Shown here one piece after another: positions 54,693-64,000 of a stretch of 64,000 bases of DNA. The first letter of the stretch is position 1; each line of letters begins with the position of its first letter. Both the position numbers and the translations under genes were made by a program. Below the pieces are notes generated by a model. The model worked only from the letters and a program-made list of their open reading frames with translations, did no database searches and was not told the origin of the DNA. Source of the stretch: the human T2T-CHM13v2.0 reference genome, Homo sapiens; the NCBI RefSeq assembly GCF_009914755.1, contig NC_060928.1; one strand, written 5' to 3'.

Positions 54693-54934
54693 ACTTGATA
54701 AGGCTGTGTCTTTCCTTCCGGACTTTATCATCCTCATACAAGCAAGAAGCCCTTGGTGAGCTCAGAGGGCTGTTGTCTGCCTGCACAGAACTAAAAATAT
54801 ACTTCCCGATGACTTCCAGCCAGGCTTGTCTCTCCTTCTAAGAGCCTTTTCTGCAAACAAAAGCAAAACTCCCCAATACACCAGGATCATGCCTGCCTCC
54901 TACCAGCTTGACCATGGTGAGGAGACTGGTCTCG
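54693..54934 (+). pseudogene. Relic exon
   Basis: Branch-like CTGAC (54671), ttttctgtttAG| and TCG|GTAAGC. 80 codons with one stop: (D)LIRLCLSFRTLSSSYKQEALGELRGLLSACTELK...SF*EPFLQTKAKLPNTPGSCLPPTSLTMVRRLVS. Confidence 0.6.
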
Positions 54935-55220
54935 GTAAGCCTACAGAGACATGAGGACTACAGAAAAACTCATTCCCAAAATGCAGCAACAGCATCTACC
55001 TTCTGTGCAGAGGCTTCAGAATGTAGTGGGTGCTAAGTAGGAACTATCCAAGGAGGTGGCTGGGGAGTTGGGGACAGGGAGGACCCATGTGGTTGGCAGT
55101 AAGGAAAGGACAAGGGAACTACATTTAGTCCTGATGCTTGAATTCCAGCCATGAAGGTTAAGGCCATGTCTACTCACTTATCTCATGCCTCCACCTCCTC
55201 CTGGGCCAATTAGTCTAGAG

Positions 55221-55420
55221 CAGTGGTGTCCAGTGGAACTTTCTGCAATGACGGAAATGTGCTAGATTTGCACTGTCCAATACATTAGTCACCAGTCACA
55301 TGTCGTTGCCGAACTGTTCAAATGTGGCTAGCACAACTGAATTTTTAATTTTATTTAATTTTAATTAACTTAAATTTAAGCACCCACATATGGCTAGTGT
55401 TACCATATTGGACAGTACAG
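55221..55420. mobile_element. MER3 hAT MITE
   Basis: gtgtccagtggaactttctgcaatgacggaaatg..ctgtccaata..tggctagtgttaccatattggacagtacag. Confidence 0.92.
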
Positions 55421-55424
55421 ATCA

Positions 55425-55640
55425 AGAGCAAAAGATGGTCTTTGGAATCAAACTTGGATTTGAATCCTGGCTTTGTTGCTCACTAGCTGTATGGCCTTTG
55501 ACAAGTCACTCAATCTATAGAAGCCTCCGTTTCCCCATATGTAAAATCAGACTTATGACACCTCCTTCAACAGATTGTTATGAGGATTAAGTAAGCTAAT
55601 ACATGGAAAGCACTTGGCACTTTGCTGCTCAATACACACC
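55425..55640 (+). mobile_element. MIR
   Basis: tttggaatcaaacttggatttgaatcctggct..ctagctgt..gcctccgtttcccc..tgttatgaggattaa. Confidence 0.9.
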
Positions 55641-55674
55641 CAGCTTCCTCCCAATCAAACTTAAATTAAATATT

Positions 55675-55860
55675 GAAACATTTGGCAATGTCTGGAAAAA
55701 CCCTGAGTTGCTACGAATGGGCAGGTGCTACTGGTACCAAGTAGGGAGAGATCAAGAATTTCGCTAAACATCCTACAATGCACATGACTACTTCCCCACC
55801 CCGCCCCCAAACAGTGAATTATCTGCCCCAAATGTCAACAGCACCTAGGTTAAGAAACTT
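55675..55860. mobile_element. MER20 hAT MITE
   Basis: acatttggcaatgtctgga..ggtgctactgg..gctaaacatcctacaatgcaca..gaattatctgccccaaatgtcaa..ggttaagaaac. Confidence 0.9.
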
Positions 55861-56099
55861 TTATGTAGACACACCCTAAGAATGAGACTATGAAATACAG
55901 AGCCATTTAAAGATCTCACCTCATGATTCCCTTGAGCCTTCCTTCCATTCCTCAAGAACCTCTCTCCACCTTTTACCAACCATCCTCCAAACTTCTACCT
56001 ATATCAAAAACCCCAAACGTGGTAAATTTTCTAAAGAATATATAGACAGCCATGTTTATAGAGGCAAAATTCACTTCAGCAAATACAGTCAACGTCAAG

Positions 56100-56445
56100 A
56101 ATTGCCCCTACCTCCACATTTGCTGATCTCTCTGCCTGGAGCACTCCTCCCCTAGATATTTTCTTGGATTGCTTCTTCATCCCCTAACACTTATGAACTT
56201 TATCTCCTCAAATGTCATTTACCAAAGAGGCTTTCTCTGACTATCTTCTCAAAAATAGCACCCTACCCTATCCCGCCATTGTCTACTCTTATCCTGCCAC
56301 TGAAACACCTGACGACACTCCATGCTGATTTGCTTAGAATGGAAGATCCTCAGAGCATGGATTTTGTCTTCTCCAGTGTATCCCCAGGGCCCAGCACTGT
56401 GCCTATCACATAGTTGAAGCCCAGGAAACAGTTGTCAAATGAGTA
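56100..56445 (+). mobile_element. L2 3' fragment
   Basis: cacatttgctgatctctctgcctggagcactc..ctcaaatgtca..tatccccagggcccagcactgtgcct. Confidence 0.8.
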
Positions 56446-56823
56446 AAAAAAAATATGTCTAACCCAGTCTAATGGCTCCCATATTTCAGGTGGCATTCAA
56501 TGCAATAATTTCCTCAAATATAAAAAAAAAATGTTTAAGTCACTTGGAGTTCTCAATAATAGGAGCTGATCCTGTCAGAGAGTAGCATGGGGCACGTACC
56601 TGAATTTGGGGGAAATGAGCAAGTAAAAAACCATGCCTACTGTGGCAAAATGGGAATTTTCCTCTTGTTCCTTTTTTTGTTTTGCTTTGAAGTACAAAAT
56701 GTTCTCTTAGATTTATTTCTTCTAACAACCCAGTTTTACAGAACTGTACAAAAAGTTTGGACAATTTTATCAAAATTGGTTTTTAAATAATACAATGTAC
56801 TTTTAAAACTAATCATTTTACAG

Positions 56824-57471
56824 TCTGCTTCCACTGTTGGGAGAAACTCTGCCAAATAAATGGGATCTCCTCCCAGTAGGGAATTTCTCACTGGGGAGAG
56901 AGGCCATGTTATTCCCTTTGGGCTCCCATGGGTAGCCCAGGGACTGGCCCATGGCAGGAGTTTGGCCAGCACCTGATTCTGCCCTTCCTACTACTGTTTC
57001 CCCTTCACCTGTGAAATAAGCAGCCAAGTCCTGGGAGACCTCCTTCCAGGCGACATGATCCCTGAGAAAGCAATTGCTGAGACACTGTAAAGCTTGGTCC
57101 TGGGCTCCACTTTGCTCCAGCCTCCTATCCATCTGGAAACCAGGGCTCTTGGTCACCTGCCCCTTACATCCTTGGCTCTTCCAGAGGCTTCGTTCAAATG
57201 GGCCTGCCTCTTGCCTGGACCATGCCTTCTGTTATGCTGCTGCTGCTGCCATTTCCTGCCAATGAGGCGTGATTTACACTTCCCTCAAGGCCTTGTTTGC
57301 TATTTTTTCTGCCCTACCTGGTTCTGCCATGATTTCCCATCAGCACTGGCTAAGGGAAAGTTGACTAAAATCCAACATCTCTTTTTACTACTTAGGCAAA
57401 GATCCGTCTATATGCAAAGCTCTCTCTGCAGCACTCTTGGTTTTTGTACCATTCTGGTATTCCCAACATGA
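56824..57471 (+). pseudogene. Possible terminal relic exon
   Basis: Branch-like CTAAT plus cattttacAG|. The phase-0 frame has 216 codons with 3 internal stops, includes ORF 57094-57471, and matches the phase of the 54934 donor. Confidence 0.45.
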
Positions 57472-58152
57472 ACTTCTTTTGCTAGATACACTGACTTCAT
57501 AGTTCTGTTTAACCTCTGGATAACTTCAGTGTCATTTCAAAGTCACTTAGTTGGTCACAATTATTGCTTAGTTTTCTACCTACACAAGGTAGAAATCCCT
57601 ACTGTATCTAACTCTGAAGATAAGAGCATGTGTTTTTTCTAGCTGGAAATTGTAGTCATAATATTCTTTATATTGTTAAGGTGCTTTGTGTTTTTCAAAG
57701 ATGTTTCTTATACTGATCTCAATGATAACACAGAAAAAGATTGTAAGATTTCCAAGGGCAGGAACCATCTCTAGCTTATTCATTACAGAGTAGGTATTTC
57801 AAGTATGTTTCCTAAATGGTGTGCTCCATTTGCATTTCCTTGGATTCATCCTGGATTAGACACCAGGAGACCTGATTTCTGATGCTGGTTTGTTTAGAGT
57901 CTGCCAACACTGTCCAATAGAATTGGAAGGCTAGTCAACATACCACTTAAATGTTCTAGTAGCCATACTTTTTAAAACAAGCGAAAAATACATTTTAATA
58001 ATATATTTTACTTGATATACACCAACTATTATCTTCTCATCATGTAATCAATATAAAAAATTAATAAGATATTTATATCTTTTTCTTCACACAAGTCTTA
58101 GAAATTCAGGATTTATAGTGATAGCACATCTCAATTTGGACTAGCCACATTT

Positions 58153-59603
58153 TAAAAAAATAGATTTTATTTTTTAGAATAATTTTCAATTCACAGCAAA
58201 ATTGAGCAGAAGGTACAGAGAGTCTGCATATGCCCCTCCACGCACAGCACTACAGCGGAGCATTTGTTACCACTGATGAAGCCACACTGACACATAGTTA
58301 TCACCCAAAGTCCATAGTTTACATTAGGGTTCACTCTTGGTATTGAACAGTCTATAGATTTTGACAGATGTATATTGATATTTATTCACCATAACAATCA
58401 GAGTAGTTTCACTGCTATAAAAATCCTGCATTCCACCTCTTCATCCCTCTCTCCCCTATAATCCATGGCAACAGCTAATCTTCTACTATCTCCATAGTTT
58501 TGCTTTTTTCCAGAATGTCCTATATTGAAATCATATAGTAGCAATCTTTCCAATTGACTTTTTTATTTAATAGTATGAATTTAAGATTCCTCTATATCTT
58601 TTCAATCTTTATAGCTCATTTCTTTTTAGTGCTGAATAATATTCTACTATCTGAATGTGCCACAGTTTATTTATCCATCTACCTACTGAAGGACATCTTG
58701 GTTGCTTCCCAGTTTGGGCAATTATGAATAAAGCTGCTATAAACATCTTTGTGCAGGTTTTTATGTGGACATAGCTTCAAACTCATTTGGTACAATACCA
58801 TAGAGCACAATTGCTAGATGGTATAATAAGAGAATGTTTAGTTTTGTGAGAAACTATCCAACTGTCTTCCCAAGTGGCTGTTCCATTTTTTATTCCTATC
58901 AGCAACCAATGAGAGCTCCTGTTACTCTGCATCCTCACCAGCATTTGGTGTTGTCAGTGTTCTGGATTTTGGTGTGTTTCATTTGCATCTCCCTGGTAAT
59001 CTAGGATGTGGAGCACCTTTTCATATACATATTTGCCATCTGTATTAGTCCATTTTCATGCTGCTGACAAAGACATACCCAAGGCTGGGCAATTTACAAA
59101 AGACAGAGGTTTATTGGACTTACAGTTCCACGTGGCCGGAGAGGCCTCACAATCATGGCAGAAGGTGAAAGACACGTCTCATATGGTGGCAGCAAGAGAG
59201 AGAATGAGAGCCACACCAAACGGGTTTCCCCTTATCAAACCATGAGATCTCGTGAGACTTATTCACTACGACAAGAACAGTATAAGGGAAACCACTCCCA
59301 TGATTCAATTACCTCCCACTGGATCCCTGCCACAATAGGTGGGAATTATGGGAGTACAATTCAAGATGAGATTTGGGTGGGGACACAGAGCCAAACCATA
59401 TCACCATCTGTATATCGTCGTTGGTGGGATGTCTGTGAAGGTTTTTGACCCATTTTTTTAATCGGATTGTTTGTTTTCTCACTGTTGAGTTTTAAGGGCT
59501 CTTTGTATATTTTGTATAACAGTTTTTAAATCAGATATTTCTTTGCAAGATTTTCTCTCAGTTTGTGGCTTGTATTCTCTCTCTCTCTCTTTTTCTTTTT
59601 TGC
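58153..59603 (-). mobile_element. L1MC1-like 3' end, split by THE1
   Basis: cacagcaaaattgagcagaaggtacagaga..tcacccaaagtccatagtttacattagggttcactcttgg. Perfect 16-bp TSD TGGACTAGCCACATTT at 58137 and 59604. Confidence 0.93.
59041..59403 (-). mobile_element. THE1(B/C) solo LTR
   Basis: tgtattagtccattttcatgctgctgacaaagacataccc...gggtggggacacagagccaaaccatatca. TSD CCATC. Confidence 0.97.
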
Positions 59604-59746
59604 TGGACTAGCCACATTTCAAGTACCTAGTAGCCACATGTTATTAGTGGCTACTGTACTGGACAGTACAACTTTAGAGGGATTAACCTGGTAATGAGAT
59701 GCAGTCATTTGACCTCTGTGATAGGATATCCAAAAGGAAATACCTA

Positions 59747-60025
59747 GACTGGTCACAGTGGCTCACACCCGTAATCCCAGCACTTTGGGAGGCCAAGGCA
59801 GCAGGATAGTTTGAGGTCTGGGCAATGTAGCAAAACCTCATTAAAAAAAAAAAAGTTAGCTGGCTGTGGTGGCATTTCCCTGTAGTCCCAGCTACTTGGG
59901 AGGATTGCTTGAGTCGAGGAGTTTAAGGCTGAAGTGAGCTATGATTATGCCACTGCACTCCAGCCTGGGTGACAAAGCAACAACTTGACTCTAATTAAAA
60001 AAGAAATAAGTAAATAAATAAATAA
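59747..60025 (+). mobile_element. AluJ with internal deletions
   Basis: J-type gaggattgcttgag..aggctgaagtgagctatgatt. TSD AAAAG(G)AAATACCTA. Confidence 0.92.
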
Positions 60026-60039
60026 AAGAAATACCTAAT

Positions 60040-61030
60040 TGGTGATTGTTAGGTCCAGGAAGCTAGAGCTCAGAAGAGAGGTCGAGACAGAATTTAAAGA
60101 CTTTGGAGTTATCGGCAATTAGGTGGTAGCTGAAGCATGTAAGTGTATGAGACTACCCAAGGAAAGAATATTGACTGGGAAGAGAAGAGGGTCTAGAACT
60201 GATTTCCAAATTACCTGCCTACCAAACATCTCCACTTATGTGATAGGAAATATTCTCAAACTTGGACTATCCCCAGCTCAATTCATTCTTTCCCCCTTCT
60301 TATTCTCCCTCAAACTTTCTTACCCATTCACCAACTTGCACAAGCTGGAAATCTAGAAGTCATCCTCAACTCCTTCTCCATCAGCCCCCAGGGCCCATCT
60401 GTGGCCAGCTCCTGCTGATTCTATATCCTAAATTGCTCTTGCATCTGTCCCCTATTTTCATCCCCATTTCATCATCTCTTACCTGGATCACTGCCATAGC
60501 TCCCTAACTGGCCTCTCTGTCTCCAGTCAGGCCTCACTGCAATACATTCTGCACAATGATGCCACAGCGATCATTTAAAAGGTAAATCTGATCATGTCAG
60601 TTCTCTGACTTAAAATCCTTCAATGACTCACCATTACATTCATAATAAAGTCTAACTTCATCATGGCATACGAGGTTCTCATGTTTACCTTCCCAGCTGC
60701 ATGCACACATACCCTGAGCTCCAACCACACGAACTGCCTACCAATTACCCAATTGTTCTCTCACTTGCTCTCACTCTCTTGTTCTCATTCTTGCACACAC
60801 TTCCTTCTGCCTTCCTTCCACACCCTTGCTCTCTATATGAAGCTGGGCATCTTCTCCCATATTACCACAGCATGACTTTAGTATTATTTTGTAAGTGTTG
60901 TATATTCGTCTGTCTCTGCACCTAGACTGTGAACTCTCTGAGGCCAGGGATTGTATCTGTCATCTCTGTATTCCCAAAACTTTACCCAGTGCTTGACAGA
61001 AGGTGCTTGATACATTTTATGGAATAAAAG
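60040..61030. mobile_element. L2 fragments (60040-60200 minus, 60200-61030 plus)
   Basis: gagctcagaagagaggtc..; acatctccactt..gtcatcctcaactcctt..ctccctaactggcctc..ctagactgtgaactc..cagtgcttgac. Confidence 0.85.
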
Positions 61031-61274
61031 AGCAGAAGGGCCAACCCAGTACCCAAGAATGATCAGGCAAGCCTATCACATAATATCACTCAAGGAATTT
61101 ATCCAGGGTTAAACTGTTGGGAGAGAGGAGGAAGTGGCTCCAGAAGTATTGGAGGAGTGAAACATTTAATGCTAAGTGGTAATATATGGGATTTTTTATG
61201 GCTTTACTGTGGCTTAGTGACCAAATTAGAGACAGTGTGGTTAGGGAATTAACATCTGCAACACACAAACCCAC

Positions 61275-61668
61275 TATCTCAGTCCTTTTTGTGCTGCTGT
61301 AACAAAATATCATATAACAAATTACCCATAGACTGGGTAATTCGTAAGAAACAGAATTTTTTTTCTCACAGTTCTGAGGGCTGGAAAGTCCAAGACTAAG
61401 CCACCAGCAGATTCAGTGTCTGGTGAGGGCCCCATCTCTCTACTTCCAAGATGGCGCCTTGTTCTCCATCCTCATGTGGAGGAAGGGTCAAAGAGCAAAA
61501 GGGATGAACCCTGTGGGAAGCCTTAATCCTATTTATGAGGAAGAAGCCCTCAAGACCTGATTCACCCCCTAATTCATCCCCTAAAGGCCCCACTTCTTAA
61601 TACTATTGCATTGGATATTCAGTTTGAACACGAATTTTGCAGGGGACACAAACTTTCAAACCATAACA
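61275..61668 (-). mobile_element. MSTD/MLT1A-like solo LTR
   Basis: gtgctgctgtaacaaaata..ctcacagttctgagggctggaaagtccaaga..ggggacacaaactttcaaaccataaca. TSD CCCA(C/G). Confidence 0.9.
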
Positions 61669-62249
61669 CCCAGCAAAACTCCTGGCTTGTTCCTGTGCAC
61701 AGTCCCTCCTTTCTGTTGTCCTTCATCTGCCATTCCAGAATGGAGCCTCACATACTTCCACTGGGTCCCCAGCTTCATTTGGCGGGCCCTGTATTTTGAT
61801 GGAGGGTGTCCCTTCAAGGAATTCTTGAGTCCACAATAAATTCCTTCCGGGCCTTTGGAGTCAGAATGTCTTACTTTAGTTGGGACCTAGAGAATTCTCC
61901 AGAACTGAGGAGAATTACCTCAGTCCACCCTGGGTAACAGTGTGGGAGAACTGAGACAAACATTTTGGATTGACCTGGTGGGGATGTGGCTTTGAGCTGG
62001 CATCAGAAGTTAACAAAAGAAATGAGTGGGTTGAAATTGGCTGATGGGAATCCAGTGTGTCGCTTAGTGCAGCATCCATGTCACACAGGGTTTCTTACTG
62101 CACTCAGTGATTACATCTTCCCAGGGAAGCCTTCCTTGCGCCCAACTTTCAGACACCCACGTCCTTCCATTACTGTCCTTACTAATATGAGCTATGATTC
62201 CTTGTATAGACATCTATCTACTCTCCAGAGTACAAATCTTGCCTTCTTT

Positions 62250-62376
62250 GGAGAGAAAACAGAGTATTAACAATTTGGGTGCCAGAATCAGACAGACCTA
62301 AGTTTGAATCCTGGCTCCACCAATTACTGCTTGTTAAGGTCTTGGGCAAATTGACTCCTGTGTGCCCCAGTTGACT
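62250..62376 (+). mobile_element. MIR 5' part (3' pieces near 63520-63690)
   Basis: cagacagacctaagtttgaatcctggctccacca..cttgggcaaattg. Confidence 0.8.
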
Positions 62377-62869
62377 TGTATTAGTTTTCTGTAGCTGCTG
62401 TAACAAAGTACCACAAGCTTGGTGGCTTAAAATGACAAAAATGTCTTCTCTCACAATTCTGGAGACAAGGAGTTGGAAATCAGTGTGAGTCGGCTGAAAC
62501 GAAGGTCTCGGCAGGGCCGTGCTCCCTCTGGAGGCTCCAGGAGAGAATTCTCTCCCTGCCTCTTCCAGTTTCGGATGGCTGCGGACATTCTTCCACCCGA
62601 CTGCCTCACTCCAGTCTTTGCCTCTGTGGTCACATTGCCTTCTCCTATTCCATGTGTATCGAATCGCCCTCTGCCTCGTCACATGAATCTTATCAGAGGA
62701 TGTATGTGACAGCATTTAGGGCCCATCTGGATAATCCAGGAAAATCTCCCCATCGCAAAATCCTTAGCTTACTCACCTCTGCAAAGACTCTTTTCCCAAA
62801 TAAGATAACACTTACAAATTCCAGTTGTTTGAACCTGACATTTTAGGGGCTGCCATTCAGTCTACTACA
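62377..62869 (-). mobile_element. MLT1C/D-like solo LTR
   Basis: tgtattagttttctgtagctgctgtaacaaagtaccacaa..ctccctctggaggctccaggagagaat..ccattcagtctactaca. Confidence 0.92.
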
Positions 62870-62969
62870 TTCCCTAACCGTGAGTTATATATGTATTAAA
62901 ATATTATTTTTATATTTTACTATTTAACTGTAAATGAAAATAGATGTCCTATTCAAAATCTGGATATGA

Positions 62970-63510
62970 ATTGTTTTTGTCTGAGTTCCCCCGTCCCCAC
63001 TCCCCCTGAGCAGGCTGGAGACCAAGGACGTGCATGCAAGTAGTTGGGGCGTGGGGGAAGTGGTCCCAGGAAACAGGAGGGTGGAACTAGGAACAGTTAG
63101 ACGGAAATGGAGGGAAAGTCAATATAAGCGTACATTATTGAGCTAGCCTTTCTGGGCAGCTGGAGCTCAACCTTGCTGGTACCCTCTGAGGAGCTGTGTA
63201 GATGACCTCTGAGTTGTCCTTTTGAGGGATAGAGGATGGGAGCATTTATCCACCATCACTCATCTTCCATGGGTCCCGTGAGCAGCTTCCCCACACTTTC
63301 AAGCTTGAGCACACATCAGAATAGTTGAGCAATTTCCCACAGGTAAAATCCTTGGCAGAAGCAGTGAAACCCCAGGGCAGAAAGCGAGAGATAAGTGGTA
63401 TAGCTGAAACAAGGTACTGCCAACTTATACCTGGAGGAAACTGGTTGTCATGGCAACAGCTAGACTAAAAAGATGAGTCAAGAAGATATCAGATGAGGCA
63501 TACAACAGTC
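62970..63510 (-). mobile_element. ERVL-class LTR (subfamily uncertain)
   Basis: tgcaagtagtt..gtggtcccaggaaaca..tgggcagctggagctcaa..ctctgaggagctgtgtaga..gcatttatccacc. Confidence 0.65.
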
Positions 63511-63699
63511 CTGTACGTTTAGGGTTGTTGTAAGGATTAAATACCACAAAGTATGTATCTAATACATGGTAAACCTTCAAAAGAAACAGCCATTATTTTG
63601 GTTAACGTGGTTACTAAATACCTGTCCTTATATCACATGCCTAGCATAGTGCCTAGCACATGGGAAACTTGCAATATATCTTTGCTGGCTGGAAGGCTG

Positions 63700-63780
63700 A
63701 AGGAATGGAAGGAAGGATAAGTGGATGGATGGATAGGTAGATGGATGGATAGGTGAATGGATGGGTGGATGAGTGAGTGG
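63700..63780. repeat. Degenerate (TGGA)n
   Basis: Direct reading. Confidence 0.9.
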
Positions 63781-64000
63781 ACTGACAAAAGCAAACGAAC
63801 ATACCAGCGTATGTGCTTTGATATTTTCTCAGAAAGAAGCCACAAGTGTCTCTCTAATTAATAAATCAAGTAGTCAGATGTAGGAGCTGTGATGCCTCGG
63901 AAGAACATAATAAATATATAGCACCTGAGATTAATGCTCTCTTAACTTAACTGGTAAATTTCTTTTCTTCCACTACAACTGAAGTTCAATTCACTTAGAA

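Larger units (their letters stand above)
57900..59670. mobile_element. MER33 hAT MITE split by an L1
   Basis: ctgtccaatagaa..ttctagtagcca..atagcacatctcaatttggactagccacattt, then caagt..tagccacatg..tagtggctactgtactggacag. Confidence 0.88.

Noticed and set aside
56710-57010. Minus-strand 'terminal exon' (TTTCACAG acceptor, about 63 codons, AATAAA near 56715)
   Set aside because: The pyrimidine tract is short, AATAAA is common in AT-rich DNA, and the plus-strand exon model fits better. Not fully excluded.
62218-62715. 165-aa minus-strand ORF
   Set aside because: It is read through an MLT1 LTR and a MIR.

Overview
Primate (human-like) nuclear DNA with no intact protein-coding gene, rRNA, tRNA or CRISPR array that I can recognise. 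About half of the window is interspersed repeats: about 20 Alus, plus L1, L2, L3/CR1, MIR, HAL1, MaLR/ERVL LTRs and hAT/Tigger fossils. Many have readable target-site duplications and several are nested 3-4 levels deep. Base 1 sits exactly on a strong minus-strand 3' splice site, so the window is probably the distal 64 kb of a long intron of an unidentified minus-strand host gene. The main finding is that the repeat-free islands between about 2 kb and 57.5 kb repeatedly have plus-strand exon architecture: a pyrimidine tract with AG (or a one-base mutant of it), then a stop-poor protein-like frame, then a GT/GC donor. Together they outline a decayed gene of about 20 exons, possibly >2000 aa, nested antisense in the host intron. 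I cannot name it. Repeat subfamily calls and all translations were done by eye, and boundaries without a TSD are approximate.
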